The translations under genes were made by a program, and so were the position numbers. The notes under the pieces are model-generated. The model was not told the origin of the DNA, did not search any database, and saw only the letters and a program-made list of their open reading frames with translations. A stretch of 63,019 nt of DNA, counting the filler. It is 3 parts of 3 records of this genome, joined end to end, with 100 filler letters (N's around TTAATTAATTAA, not from the genome) between each part and the next. Parts side by side here need not be neighbours in the genome. Positions count along the whole stretch, not along the records: positions 16,127 to 45,869 come from DRR723986_14684; positions 45,970 to 63,019 come from DRR723986_14693; 1 more part is not named here. One strand, written 5' to 3'. Position 1 is the first letter of the stretch, and each line of letters opens with the position of its first letter. Below are positions 40,251 to 49,996 of the stretch, piece by piece.

Positions 40251-40618
40251 TATAACACCTCCGGTGCAAGCGATACGATCTTCATATGCTTCTTCGCACG
40301 CAATTCACGAACAACAGGGCCAAAGATACGTGTACCAATTGGCTCGTGGTTCTTGTTTACAAGCACAGCCGCATTGTTGTCGAAACGAATGGTTGTTCCA
40401 TCGCCGCGACGAACTTCTTTAGCTGTACGAACGATAACGGCGCGATGCACGTCACCCTTCTTAACGCGGCCCCGTGGGATCGCCTCTTTTACTGAGACAA
40501 CAATAATGTCGCCTACTCCAGCAGTTTTACGTTTAGATCCACCAAGGACCTTAATGCACTGCACCCTCTTGGCCCCGGAGTTGTCGGCCACGTCGAGGTT
40601 GGTTTGCATTTGAATCAT
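40250..40618 (-). CDS. rplN: 50S ribosomal protein L14
   Basis: [22 protein letters not shown]. Confidence 0.98.
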   Translation of the reverse strand: MIQMQTNLDVADNSGAKRVQCIKVLGGSKRKTAGVGDIIVVSVKEAIPRGRVKKGDVHRAVIVRTAKEVRRGDGTTIRFDNNAAVLVNKNHEPIGTRIFGPVVRELRAKKHMKIVSLAPEVL

Positions 40619-40668
40619 GGGTTACACCCTTTTCTTCAGTTTAAAAGGCACAAAGAAAACGATGAAGC

Positions 40669-40905
40669 TTACGCCTCACCGCCAACTACGCGCCACGTCT
40701 TAAGTTTCGAGATAGGACGACACTCTACAATACGTACAGTTTCGCCAACCTGAATCTGGTTGCTCTCATCATGAGCGTGGTACTTCTTAGAGCGTCGAAT
40801 AATTTTGTCAAGCAAAGGATGCTTAATACGACGTTCTACTTTAACAACAACGGTATTTGTACCTTTGTCGCTGACTACTACACCCTGCAGAATACGCTTT
40901 GGCAT
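40669..40905 (-). CDS. rpsQ: 30S ribosomal protein S17
   Basis: [23 protein letters not shown]. Confidence 0.98.
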   Translation of the reverse strand: MPKRILQGVVVSDKGTNTVVVKVERRIKHPLLDKIIRRSKKYHAHDESNQIQVGETVRIVECRPISKLKTWRVVGGEA

Positions 40906-40915
40906 TGGTTTCTCC

Positions 40916-41107
40916 TTACGCCTCTGCTTGTTCAGTTAGGATTGTCTGGATACGCGCAACGTCGCGGCGTACCTGTTTAACCCGTGCTGTGTTTTCCAAT
41001 TGGCCAGACGCCGCTTGAAAGCGCAGATTAAACTGCTCTTTTTTCAAGCTAACGAGCTCATCACGGAGCTCGTCTTTCGACTTGGCACGAAGATCTGTTG
41101 CCTTCAT
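40916..41107 (-). CDS. rpmC: 50S ribosomal protein L29
   Basis: [21 protein letters not shown]. Confidence 0.97.
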   Translation of the reverse strand: MKATDLRAKSKDELRDELVSLKKEQFNLRFQAASGQLENTARVKQVRRDVARIQTILTEQAEA

Positions 41108-41124
41108 GGTTCTTCTCCGTTTTC

Positions 41125-41535
41125 TTAATGCATCCGCTCGACGATACGGCTTGCAACTGACAGCTTAGCGGCTGCCCGCTCAAACGCACCACGCGCGACT
41201 TCATCAGAGACACCATCGATTTCAAACATGATGCGGCCAGGCTTAACCTTTGCCACCCATCTGTCGACGGAACCCTTACCTTTACCCATCCGAACTTCGG
41301 TAGGCTTCGCTGTTACTGGAACATCAGGGAAAATCCTGATCCAGACTTTACCAGACCGTTTCATGTGACGGTTAATGGCACGGCGAGCCGCCTCAATTTG
41401 GCGAGCTGTTACACGGCCAGGCTGGGTCGCTTTAAGACCAAACTGACCAAAGTTCAAATCTGTTCCGCCCGGGGCTTTGCCGCGGATACGACCTTTGAAG
41501 GCCTTACGGAACTTTGTACGCTTCGGTTGCAACAT
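41125..41535 (-). CDS. rplP: 50S ribosomal protein L16
   Basis: [18 protein letters not shown]. Confidence 0.98.
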   Translation of the reverse strand: MLQPKRTKFRKAFKGRIRGKAPGGTDLNFGQFGLKATQPGRVTARQIEAARRAINRHMKRSGKVWIRIFPDVPVTAKPTEVRMGKGKGSVDRWVAKVKPGRIMFEIDGVSDEVARGAFERAAAKLSVASRIVERMH

Positions 41536-41565
41536 TGTCTGTCGCTCCTAATCTATCGCCCCAGC

Positions 41566-42261
41566 CTAACGGCGGGACGGGCCACCTTGGCTTTGAGCTT
41601 CGTTTGCACGACGCTCATGAGCCATTGGGTCATGTTCCATGATGTCGCCTTTATAGACCCACACCTTGATGCCTGAAATGCCGTAAGCAGTCAGAGCTTC
41701 AGAAGTGCCATAGTCAATATCAGCGCGCAGTGTGTGAAGAGGCACGCGACCTTCGCGGTACCATTCAGTCCGTGCAATTTCTGCACCGCCCAAACGGCCA
41801 GCACAGTTTACCCGAATGCCACCAGCGCCAAGGCGCATTGCACTTTGAACCGAACGCTTCATCGCGCGGCGGAAAGCCACCCGGCGCTCAAGCTGTTGTG
41901 CAATACCATCAGCGATCAACTTCGCATCGATCTCAGGCTTGCGAACCTCAACGATATTCAGGCTAACTTCCGACACTGTTTTTTCCGCAATCTTCTTGCG
42001 AAGCTTTTCAATGTCAGCACCTTTTTTACCGATGATAACGCCAGGACGCGCCGAATAAATCGTCACGCGGCATTTCTTAGCAGGCCGTTCGATCACAACT
42101 TTCGAAATACCAGCCTGTGACAGCTCTTTTTCAACGAAAGTGCGAATTTCCAGGTCTTCATGCAACATTGTGCCGTAATCATCGCCTTCGGCATACCAAC
42201 GCGAGTCCCAGGTGCGGTTAACACCAAGGCGCAGACCTACTGGGCTTACTTTCTGACCCAT
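41566..42261 (-). CDS. rpsC: 30S ribosomal protein S3
   Basis: [31 protein letters not shown]. Confidence 0.98.
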   Translation of the reverse strand: MGQKVSPVGLRLGVNRTWDSRWYAEGDDYGTMLHEDLEIRTFVEKELSQAGISKVVIERPAKKCRVTIYSARPGVIIGKKGADIEKLRKKIAEKTVSEVSLNIVEVRKPEIDAKLIADGIAQQLERRVAFRRAMKRSVQSAMRLGAGGIRVNCAGRLGGAEIARTEWYREGRVPLHTLRADIDYGTSEALTAYGISGIKVWVYKGDIMEHDPMAHERRANEAQSQGGPSRR

Positions 42262-42641
42262 TATGTAGTCTCCTCTACTTCGCGCACAACAATGCGCAGA
42301 CGACTGAACGGCTTGACAATTTTCGCGGCACGACCGCGAGCACGTGCACGAAACCGTTTCATGGTCAGTGCCTTGCCCACAGTTGCTTCGGCCACAATCA
42401 GGCTGTCCACATCAAGGTTATGATTGTTCTCGGCGTTCGCAATTGCGGACTCGAGAACAGATTTAACAGCTGTTGCACTACGACGACGGTTAAAGCTCAA
42501 AGACGTCAACGCCTTCTCCACTTTCATGCCGCGAATACTGGCTGCTACCAGATTAAGCTTCTGGGGTGAGCCACGAAGCTGGGTCGCAATTGCGACAGCT
42601 TCGTTATCCGCCAATTGGCGTTTTGCTGATTGCTTACCCAC
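42261..42641 (-). CDS. rplV: 50S ribosomal protein L22
   Basis: [25 protein letters not shown]. Confidence 0.97.
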   Translation of the reverse strand: MGKQSAKRQLADNEAVAIATQLRGSPQKLNLVAASIRGMKVEKALTSLSFNRRRSATAVKSVLESAIANAENNHNLDVDSLIVAEATVGKALTMKRFRARARGRAAKIVKPFSRLRIVVREVEETT

Positions 42642-42643
42642 GA

Positions 42644-42925
42644 TTAGCCCCTCTTCGCTTTCTTATCCGCAGTGTGACCATAGTAGGTCCGCGTCGGAGC
42701 GAATTCACCAAGCTTATGACCAACCATATCTTCGGTTACATAAACAGGAATGAACTTCTTACCGTTGTAGACATTGAATGTAATGCCAACAAAGTCTGGT
42801 AGAATTGTAGACCGGCGAGACCAAGTCTGAATTACTACCGATGATTTGCCACTTTCTTGAGCCGCTTCCACCTTCTTGAGAAGATGCATGTCAACGAAAG
42901 GGCCTTTCCAAACAGAACGTGCCAT
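42644..42925 (-). CDS. rpsS: 30S ribosomal protein S19
   Basis: [27 protein letters not shown]. Confidence 0.98.
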   Translation of the reverse strand: MARSVWKGPFVDMHLLKKVEAAQESGKSSVVIQTWSRRSTILPDFVGITFNVYNGKKFIPVYVTEDMVGHKLGEFAPTRTYYGHTADKKAKRG

Positions 42926-42937
42926 AATAAGGCCTCC

Positions 42938-43774
42938 TTAACGTTTCTTGCGCTCGTGGCGCGACCGGATGATAAGCTTGTCAGTTGCTTTATTAGAGCG
43001 CGTGCGCTTACCTTTTGTAGGCTTGCCCCATGGTGTCACTGGGTGACGACCACCAGACGTACGACCTTCACCACCACCGTGTGGGTGATCAACAGGGTTC
43101 ATGGCAACACCACGAACAGAAGGACGCTTGCCCAACCAACGATTCCGACCCGCTTTACCGAGCTTGGTATTTTGGTTGTCAGGGTTTGAAACGGCACCAA
43201 CAGTGGCAACACACTCACCGCGAACAACGCGAACTTCACCTGAACTCAGGCGCAGCTGCGCATATCCACGGTCACGACCGATCAACTGAGCGTATGTACC
43301 AGCTGAACGAGCGATCTGCCCGCCCTTGCCTGCTTTCATCTCCACATTGTGGATGATGGTTCCAACAGGCATGTTAGCAAGTCGCATGACATTACCAGGC
43401 TTCACATCAGTTTTCTCGGACGCAATAACAACATCGCCCGGAGCCAACCGTTGAGGCGCCAAAATGTACGCGAGCTCACCGTCTTCATATTTAATCAACG
43501 CAATGAAAGCTGTCCGGTTTGGATCGTACTCAAGACGTTCCACAGTTGCGGGCATATCCCATTTCGTGCGCTTAAAATCGATTTTCCGGTAGGTACGCTT
43601 ATGACCACCACCAATACGACGAGCAGTGATGCGGCCAGTATTATTACGGCCACCAGATTTGGTCAAACCTTCCGTCAACGCTTTAACTGGCTTGCCCTTG
43701 TGAAGACCTTCCCGGTCGACAAGAACCAAACCACGCTGTGACGGGGTCATAGGTCTATATTGCTTTAATGCCAT
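42938..43774 (-). CDS. rplB: 50S ribosomal protein L2
   Basis: [32 protein letters not shown]. Confidence 0.99.
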   Translation of the reverse strand: MALKQYRPMTPSQRGLVLVDREGLHKGKPVKALTEGLTKSGGRNNTGRITARRIGGGHKRTYRKIDFKRTKWDMPATVERLEYDPNRTAFIALIKYEDGELAYILAPQRLAPGDVVIASEKTDVKPGNVMRLANMPVGTIIHNVEMKAGKGGQIARSAGTYAQLIGRDRGYAQLRLSSGEVRVVRGECVATVGAVSNPDNQNTKLGKAGRNRWLGKRPSVRGVAMNPVDHPHGGGEGRTSGGRHPVTPWGKPTKGKRTRSNKATDKLIIRSRHERKKR

Positions 43775-43777
43775 CGG

Positions 43778-44071
43778 TTAAACCCCCGTCGTCACGTCTA
43801 TGCTGTTGCCTTCAGCAAGGGTTACCATGGCTTTTTTGTATTCGGCACGTTTGCCTTTTACACCACGGAACCGCTTAATCTTGCCTTCTTGGCGCAGCGT
43901 GTTGACCTTGGTCACTTTCACGTCGAACAATGCTTCAACAGCCTTCTTAATTTCAGGCTTAGTCGCATCAATCGCAACTTTGAAAGTCACTTGGTTGTTT
44001 TCAGAGCCGAGCGTTGCTTTTTCGGTGATTACCGGGCTCTTGATAACGTCATAGTTCCTTAATGAAGTCAT
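43778..44071 (-). CDS. rplW: 50S ribosomal protein L23
   Basis: PVITEKA, ATKPEIK.AVE.LF.VKV, KKAMVTL. Confidence 0.97.
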   Translation of the reverse strand: MTSLRNYDVIKSPVITEKATLGSENNQVTFKVAIDATKPEIKKAVEALFDVKVTKVNTLRQEGKIKRFRGVKGKRAEYKKAMVTLAEGNSIDVTTGV

Positions 44072-44688
44072 TTGAGCCTCTCCCCGAGCTGAGCAACGGC
44101 CGCTTTTGTCAGAACCAGCGTGTCACGACGAAGAATGTCGTAAACATTGGCACCCTGAGTTGGCAGCACATCGACGTTGGGAATGTTTTGAGCGGCCCGC
44201 AGGAAGTTTTGGTTCACTTCTGCACCGTCCAGGAACAAAGCGTTGGTCAAACCCAGTTTCTCAAGCTTCGCTTGAAGTTCCTGCGTTTTACCATCTTTCA
44301 GCTCTGCAGCATCCACAACAATGATTTTTCCATTCGCTTGCTTGGCAGAGAGCGCACTCTTAAGGCCAAGTTTACGAATTTTCTTTGGCAGGTTGTAGCC
44401 GTGGTCCCGAGGGATTGGGCCAAATGCACGACCACCACCAACAAAAATGTTGGAGCTGCGCGCACCGTGACGGGCTGTACCGCCACCTTTTTGACGACCA
44501 AAGCGAGCACCCGTGCGGGACACATCCGAGCGGAACTGCACAGCGTGCGTTCCGGCGCGGCGCTTGGCCAACTGCCAGTTAACAACACGGTGCAGAATGT
44601 CTGCCCGTGCTGGTACGCCGAAGATAGCCTCATCCAAATCGATGTCGCCGGCTTTCTTGGCGTCTAATGTAAGGACATTCGTCTTCAT
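44068..44688 (-). CDS. rplD: 50S ribosomal protein L4
   Basis: [25 protein letters not shown]. Confidence 0.97.
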   Translation of the reverse strand: MKTNVLTLDAKKAGDIDLDEAIFGVPARADILHRVVNWQLAKRRAGTHAVQFRSDVSRTGARFGRQKGGGTARHGARSSNIFVGGGRAFGPIPRDHGYNLPKKIRKLGLKSALSAKQANGKIIVVDAAELKDGKTQELQAKLEKLGLTNALFLDGAEVNQNFLRAAQNIPNVDVLPTQGANVYDILRRDTLVLTKAAVAQLGERLK

Positions 44689-44691
44689 GAC

Positions 44692-45462
44692 TTATTCCTC
44701 GCCTTTTTCTGCAGCATCCGCAGCTTCTGCCAGTGCTTCTACAGGCGCCTCAGTTGTTACCTCTGGGGCAGCCTCTTCAGCTTTTCCAGGTGCGCGGAAC
44801 GCAGCTGGCATCGGAAGGTCTGCTGGAGCAACTTTTTTGGCAGCGTCTGAAAGAAGAACCCAACCTTGCTTGGCACCAGGCAAGCCGCCCTTTACCAAAA
44901 TCAAGCCTTCATCAGCACGTGCCTCAACGATTTCAAGGTTTTGAACTGTTGAGCGATGGTCACCCATGTGGCCCGCCATTTTCTTACCTTTAAATACACG
45001 GCCCGGGTCTTGACATTGACCCGTAGAACCATGTGAACGGTGAGAAATTGACACACCATGTGACGCCCGAAGACCGCCAAAGTTATGACGCTTCATCGCA
45101 CCAGCGAAACCCTTACCTTTAGACGTGCCAACTGCATCAACATATTGGCCCGGAACAAAGTGGTCTGCCGTTAGTTCTGCACCAACCTCGACAAGAGCAT
45201 CTTCAGCCACGCGAAACTCAACCAACTTTGCTTTTGGTTCAACTTCGGCTTTGGCGAAGTGGCCGCGCTGAGCTTTGGTCACATTCTTAACCTTGCGGGT
45301 ACCGGCACCAAGTTGCAGAGCCGTGTATCCATCTTTTTCTACTGTACGCTGTGCAACAACCTGACAGCCTTCCAGCTGCAGAACAGTTACAGGTACATGA
45401 TGCCCTTTGTCGTTAAAGACGCGGGTCATACCTAATTTTTTTGCTATCAAACCTGTACGCAT
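44692..45462 (-). CDS. rplC: 50S ribosomal protein L3
   Basis: [33 protein letters not shown]; acidic C-terminal tail. Confidence 0.98.
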   Translation of the reverse strand: MRTGLIAKKLGMTRVFNDKGHHVPVTVLQLEGCQVVAQRTVEKDGYTALQLGAGTRKVKNVTKAQRGHFAKAEVEPKAKLVEFRVAEDALVEVGAELTADHFVPGQYVDAVGTSKGKGFAGAMKRHNFGGLRASHGVSISHRSHGSTGQCQDPGRVFKGKKMAGHMGDHRSTVQNLEIVEARADEGLILVKGGLPGAKQGWVLLSDAAKKVAPADLPMPAAFRAPGKAEEAAPEVTTEAPVEALAEAADAAEKGEE

Positions 45463-45467
45463 GGTTC

Positions 45468-45782
45468 TTATCCTTGCAGTTTGATTTCAACGTCAACACC
45501 GGCAGACAGGTCGAGCTTCATCAGCGCGTCCACTGTTTGCGGCGTTGGGTCAACGATATCGAGCAAGCGTTTGTGCGTACGTATTTCGAATTGTTCACGC
45601 GCCTTTTTGTTCACATGTGGTGAACGAAGAACTGTAAACTTTTCGATCCTGGTTGGCATCGGGATAGGTCCGCGAACCATTGCGCCCGTACGCTTAGCCG
45701 TATTGGCAATTTCACCAGTCGCTTGGTCAAGCACACGATGGTCAAAAGCCTTCAGGCGGATGCGAATATTTTGCGCTTCCAT
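45468..45782 (-). CDS. rpsJ: 30S ribosomal protein S10
   Basis: [24 protein letters not shown]. Confidence 0.98.
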   Translation of the reverse strand: MEAQNIRIRLKAFDHRVLDQATGEIANTAKRTGAMVRGPIPMPTRIEKFTVLRSPHVNKKAREQFEIRTHKRLLDIVDPTPQTVDALMKLDLSAGVDVEIKLQG

Positions 45783-45796
45783 TGATCTTACACCTT

Positions 45797-45834
45797 AAAA
45801 AAGAAGCGGCACTGAGACTGTGCTCAGCGCCGTT
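45797..45834 (-). terminator. Terminator-like hairpin between tuf and rpsJ
   Basis: Minus strand CGGCGCTGAG-CACAGT-CTCAGTGCCG followed by CTTCTTTTTT. Confidence 0.6.
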
Positions 45835-45840
45835 GTTTCA

Positions 45841-45869
45841 TTATTCGATAATTTTAGCGACGACACCGG
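45841..45869 (-). CDS. tuf: Elongation factor Tu, 3' end only (truncated at contig edge)
   Basis: Minus strand encodes …GVVAKIIE* directly upstream of rpsJ. Confidence 0.85.
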
Positions 45870-45969
45870 NNNNNNNNNNNNNNNNNNNNNNNNNNNNNNN
45901 NNNNNNNNNNNNNTTAATTAATTAANNNNNNNNNNNNNNNNNNNNNNNNNNNNNNNNNNNNNNNNNNNN
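45870..45969. other. Artificial contig linker (44 N + TTAATTAATTAA + 44 N)
   Basis: Identical in design to the first linker; sharp drop in GC after it. Confidence 0.98.
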
Positions 45970-46004
45970 AAAGGGAGATGCTCTACCAACTGAGCTACCC
46001 GGTC
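45970..46004 (-). tRNA. tRNA (probably Lys-UUU), 5' half only, truncated at contig edge
   Basis: Reverse complement GACCGGG-TA-GCTC-AGTTGGTA-GAGC-A-TCTCC-CTTT; third anticodon base missing. Confidence 0.8.
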
Positions 46005-46031
46005 TAAAATTGTTTTTCTCCAACGAGGGTG

Positions 46032-46039
46032 CAAATATA
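46032..46039 (-). promoter_or_regulatory. Bacteroidota -7 promoter element for the tRNA
   Basis: TATATTTG on the minus strand ~28 nt upstream of the tRNA. Confidence 0.7.
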
Positions 46040-46135
46040 AAATGTTTAATTTATAAAACAATACTTTTTTTATTTAAATTTTTGTTTTTTTGTTGCCTAT
46101 TTGTGTATTAAATTCATAATCAATTTATAAGCCTT

Positions 46136-46657
46136 ATGATAATAGTTTTGATGGGATATATGGGATCTGGAAAATCTACAATAGGTCAGGATTTGGCTTC
46201 AATTCTGAATTATAAATTTGTTGATTTAGATGATTACATTTCTGATAATGAAAATGATTCAATCTCAAATATTTTTAATTCTAAGGGTGAAATTTATTTT
46301 CGAAAAAAAGAATCTTTTTATCTTAATGAATTACTAAAGACTAAAAATCATATAGTTTTAGCCTTAGGAGGTGGAACTCCTTGTTATGGACAAAACATGA
46401 AGCTATTAAATAGTACAAAAGCAGTTAAATCTTTTTATTTACAACTTGCTATACCCTTATTATCGATACGCTTATTTAAAGAAAAGGAAAAACGCCCTCT
46501 TATTAGTCATTTAACCTCTGAAGAAGCGATGTTAGAATTTATAGGGAAACATTTATTTGAAAGAGTGCAATACTATAATCAAGCTACATTTACTATCAAA
46601 ACTGACAATAAGACGAAGCAAGACATAATTGAAGAGATATTAATGCAGTTAATCTAA
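46136..46657 (+). CDS. aroK: Shikimate kinase
   Basis: GYMGSGKST, DLD, GEIYFR..E, GGG, RPL. Confidence 0.93.
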   Translation: MIIVLMGYMGSGKSTIGQDLASILNYKFVDLDDYISDNENDSISNIFNSKGEIYFRKKESFYLNELLKTKNHIVLALGGGTPCYGQNMKLLNSTKAVKSFYLQLAIPLLSIRLFKEKEKRPLISHLTSEEAMLEFIGKHLFERVQYYNQATFTIKTDNKTKQDIIEEILMQLI

Positions 46658-47152
46658 ATAAGCTTCATATGGTTGCTTAGATAAATTAACATGTACATGT
46701 TCAAAAAGTGATGTTGATAATGATATACCCTTAAAGTCTGCTTTAACAGGATATTTTTTGTGATTTCTATTAACTAATACCGCAGTTTTAAATTGCTTAA
46801 GCGGAACATCCAAGAAGTGTTTAATACCATAAATTAAGGTGCTTCCAGAATTTAAAACATCATCAATCAAGACCAAAGATTTGTTGGCATATTCCTCCTT
46901 CGTAATAGAAGTTATAATAGGGTTTGTAGGTTCGGCTTTGTCAATGATAACTTTGCACAATGTAGATTCTATTGGCGATATTTTATCGAGATTTGCTTTA
47001 ATTTTTCTGGCTAATAAATAACCATTACTTTCTATACCAGCAATTACCAATTCAGTCTCATTAGCATTGCTTTCATATATTTGATAGGCTATTCGCTTTA
47101 TTTTATGCTCAATTTCTTTATTACTTAATATGGTGTTTTTTGTTAGTGCCAT
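46649..47152 (-). CDS. PyrR-like phosphoribosyltransferase family protein
   Basis: IKRIAYQIYE, PRPP loop VLIDDVLNSGST, YPVKADF.G. Confidence 0.85.
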   Translation of the reverse strand: MALTKNTILSNKEIEHKIKRIAYQIYESNANETELVIAGIESNGYLLARKIKANLDKISPIESTLCKVIIDKAEPTNPIITSITKEEYANKSLVLIDDVLNSGSTLIYGIKHFLDVPLKQFKTAVLVNRNHKKYPVKADFKGISLSTSLFEHVHVNLSKQPYEAYLD

Positions 47153-47748
47153 TAGGTCTTTTTTTCAAAGATAAAAAACAGTTCTTTACCTTGTCTTTCT
47201 TTTATGGAATTAATTGATCGTTCTAATTTTTTAATTTCAAAATTGGCATTAAATGATGCTTTATATTCTGTTATACTACCACCAAATGGCGGTCCGGAAG
47301 AAGTTAACTCAAAATCAAAGAATAAGCCAACTAATTTACCATGAGACTTTAAAAGCTTATGCATTTGAAGAGAATAAGATAACCTAAGAGTTGGATTTAG
47401 AGCACAAAAAAAAGTTTGCTCAATAATTAAATCAAAAGTGTCGTTTATTTCAAAGAAATCAACATTTAATAATTGGTGGTCTGGGAAATCTTTTACTCTT
47501 TCCTTTAAGTTTATTAATGGTTGTTTTGCAATATCTACAACATAAAGATTTTTAAATCCTTGATTCCATAAATATTCGGCTTCATAACTATTACCTGCGC
47601 CAGGAATAAGAATTTTTAATGACTTATCTTGAAGTTGATCAATATAAGTTTTTAGAGGAGTAGATACTGTGCCAATATTCCAACCAATTTCATTGTTGAT
47701 ATAACGATTTTCCCAATAGGTCTTATCTAATTTATTCTTCTTCTTCAT
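47152..47748 (-). CDS. Thiopurine/thiol S-methyltransferase (TPMT) family SAM-dependent methyltransferase
   Basis: YW..RY…GW..G, ILIPGAGNSYE, EQTFFCAL.P, GPPFG. Confidence 0.85.
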   Translation of the reverse strand: MKKKNKLDKTYWENRYINNEIGWNIGTVSTPLKTYIDQLQDKSLKILIPGAGNSYEAEYLWNQGFKNLYVVDIAKQPLINLKERVKDFPDHQLLNVDFFEINDTFDLIIEQTFFCALNPTLRLSYSLQMHKLLKSHGKLVGLFFDFELTSSGPPFGGSITEYKASFNANFEIKKLERSINSIKERQGKELFFIFEKKT

Positions 47749-48103
47749 AAAAATCATCTATATCACGTCTGTCTTTTTTGGTTGGTCTACCAGTACCTTT
47801 CTTTCTGTAATAGTCTTTACTATACTTTAATAATTCTTTAGCTTCAAAAGCTTCTTTAGGAGTGACGTCCGTTCTGTAAATATCAACCAGTTTGGCGCCA
47901 ACTCTACTTTTAGGCACATCATTTACAATTAACTTATAGTTAATTTGATCCTTCCTTAATTCAATTTTATCTGTTGGGTAGACTTCTCTTGATGGTTTTG
48001 CCACAACATCATTAATCTTAACCTGACCTTTTCTACAAGCCTGGGTGGCTATATTACGAGTTTTGTAATATCGCACACTCCATAAAAATTTATCAACACG
48101 CAT
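47732..48103 (-). CDS. hslR: Ribosome-associated heat shock protein Hsp15 (S4 domain)
   Basis: MRVDKFLW.VR.YKTR, GRPTKKDRR; ATG 48103; TATTTTTG promoter element at 48140-48147 (-). Confidence 0.9.
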   Translation of the reverse strand: MRVDKFLWSVRYYKTRNIATQACRKGQVKINDVVAKPSREVYPTDKIELRKDQINYKLIVNDVPKSRVGAKLVDIYRTDVTPKEAFEAKELLKYSKDYYRKKGTGRPTKKDRRDIDDFYEEEE

Positions 48104-48205
48104 ACATTTTAAATAAAAAACAACGTTAATCTTATGGTACAAAAATATTATATTATTGTATCTTGCGCCAGTTAATTAAGCAATAATGAGCAATACAATA
48201 CATCT

Positions 48206-49276
48206 ATGAAAATTAAAGCCTTACAATTTTGCCTTTTACTATTAACATTGACAACTGCATTTGTTGCCTGTGAAGAGGATGATGGACCAACTCAAGATTT
48301 TGAAGAAAGAGATAGAGTCGAACAGCAAGTTTCAGATGACTCTACACTAGTAGATTATTTAACAACACATTATTACAATTCTGGATTTTTTGAGACTGGT
48401 ACAAACCATAAGTATAGTGACATTATTATCACAGAATTACCTCAAGATGAAGACGGAAACTATCTAGATATGCCAGATCCTGATAATAATACATTACTAA
48501 TAGATGCTGTTGAAACTTTAACTACGGAATGGGTAGATACAGACTATAAATATTATGTATTAAGATTAAATGAAGGAGGTGGTGAATCACCTAAATTCAC
48601 AGATGCAATACGTTATAGATTTGAAGGAAATATTGTTGAAACTGGTGACGAATTCCAAGAAATTGCTTCACCAGAAGAATTAAACTTGCAAAGTGATGTG
48701 TTTAGTGGTGGTGCCATTAGAGCATGGCAACTTGTAATTCCTACATTTAAAGCAGCACTAGACTTTTCAATAGACGAGCAAGGTATTACAAATTATAATG
48801 ATTTTGGATTGGGTGTAATGTTTGTACCTTCAGGATTATCTTATTTTTCATTTCCAACCTTAAGTATACCAGCATACTCTAATCTTATATTTAAGTTTGA
48901 AGTTCTTCAGGTAGAAGTTAGAGATCATGATACTGACGGTGTACCTTCTTTTTTAGAAGATATAGATGGTGATGATAATGTTTCTAATGACGACTCTGAT
49001 GACGATGGTTTCCCTGATTATTTAGATTTTGATGATGATGGTGATGGTGTCTTTACAATTAATGAATTGGTGCCAACAACTTATGTAGTAGATACAAATA
49101 TGGGCGAAACAGAACCTGTTTTAGCAGAAAATGAGTATGAGAGGAGTAGAAGTGAATTTGGTGGTGTAATAACAATTGAAACGGTAACACTCATAGATTC
49201 TGACAATAATGGCACTGCCGATTATCTGGACGAAGACATAACTATTAACTATAATGAAGAGAGTGACGATTCTTAA
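48206..49276 (+). CDS. FKBP-like lipoprotein with Asp-rich Ca-binding repeats
   Basis: Lipobox FVA-C followed by EEDD; FKBP C-terminal motif FVPSGLSY…IPAYSNLIF; DxDxDG repeats (DHDTDGVP, DSDDDGFPDYLD, DSDNNGTADYLD). Confidence 0.8.
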   Translation: MKIKALQFCLLLLTLTTAFVACEEDDGPTQDFEERDRVEQQVSDDSTLVDYLTTHYYNSGFFETGTNHKYSDIIITELPQDEDGNYLDMPDPDNNTLLIDAVETLTTEWVDTDYKYYVLRLNEGGGESPKFTDAIRYRFEGNIVETGDEFQEIASPEELNLQSDVFSGGAIRAWQLVIPTFKAALDFSIDEQGITNYNDFGLGVMFVPSGLSYFSFPTLSIPAYSNLIFKFEVLQVEVRDHDTDGVPSFLEDIDGDDNVSNDDSDDDGFPDYLDFDDDGDGVFTINELVPTTYVVDTNMGETEPVLAENEYERSRSEFGGVITIETVTLIDSDNNGTADYLDEDITINYNEESDDS

Positions 49277-49296
49277 TTATTAGGAAAATATAAAAT

Positions 49297-49326
49297 AAAA
49301 AAGCCGCTGATTAAGCGGCTTTTTTT
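49297..49326. terminator. Bidirectional intrinsic terminator
   Basis: AAAAAAGCCGCT-GATTA-AGCGGCTTTTTTT between convergent genes. Confidence 0.9.
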
Positions 49327-49342
49327 ATTCAAATTTTTATCA

Positions 49343-49942
49343 CTACAAGGCAATAGATAAACTTAATATTAACTGATCTGGTCTTGTGTCAATTCTACTA
49401 ACAACACCAGCTCCTAAATTGTTATTTATAAAGCGCGCCTCGTTGTTATTAAAGCCTCTTTCGTATCTAAGATCTATACCTATTTTATTTAGATTTATCC
49501 CTATTCCAAAATTAAGACCTACAGAGAAATCATCTTCTACGTTGTCAATATCAATTCCATCAAATTCAGTATCCAGTATATATTGTAAAGATGGTCCTGC
49601 GAATACACTAACAGGTCCTAACACTTTAAGACCAACCAATAGTGGTGCATCAATCTTTTTCATCGAAAACTCATTACTGTCATAATCACTTTTAGTTGCT
49701 GTGTAGACTAATTCTGGTCTAAAATAAAGCTGATCTCCAATCTTTCCGAATATACCTAAATGATATCCAATATTACGATCTGGATTTTTTGAGTTTTCAC
49801 CAATGGACTCAAAGTAGTCACCATTGGCATTGTAGTTGAGTCCACCTTTAAACCCAAATAAACTTCCTTTTTGAGCGTTTAAACTAAAACTAATTAATGC
49901 GAAAACTATAGCAATGAATGCTGACTTTTTTAAATTTTTCAT
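49343..49942 (-). CDS. Outer-membrane beta-barrel protein (PorT/OMP_b-brl_2-like)
   Basis: Signal peptide (SLNA-Q), FGFKGGLN, RPELVY, AGP, DLRYERG alternating beta strands. Confidence 0.8.
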   Translation of the reverse strand: MKNLKKSAFIAIVFALISFSLNAQKGSLFGFKGGLNYNANGDYFESIGENSKNPDRNIGYHLGIFGKIGDQLYFRPELVYTATKSDYDSNEFSMKKIDAPLLVGLKVLGPVSVFAGPSLQYILDTEFDGIDIDNVEDDFSVGLNFGIGINLNKIGIDLRYERGFNNNEARFINNNLGAGVVSRIDTRPDQLILSLSIAL

Positions 49943-49996
49943 AATGTTCGTTTTTAAGATTAGGTATGTAATATCAAAAACGTTGCCAAAATGAAG

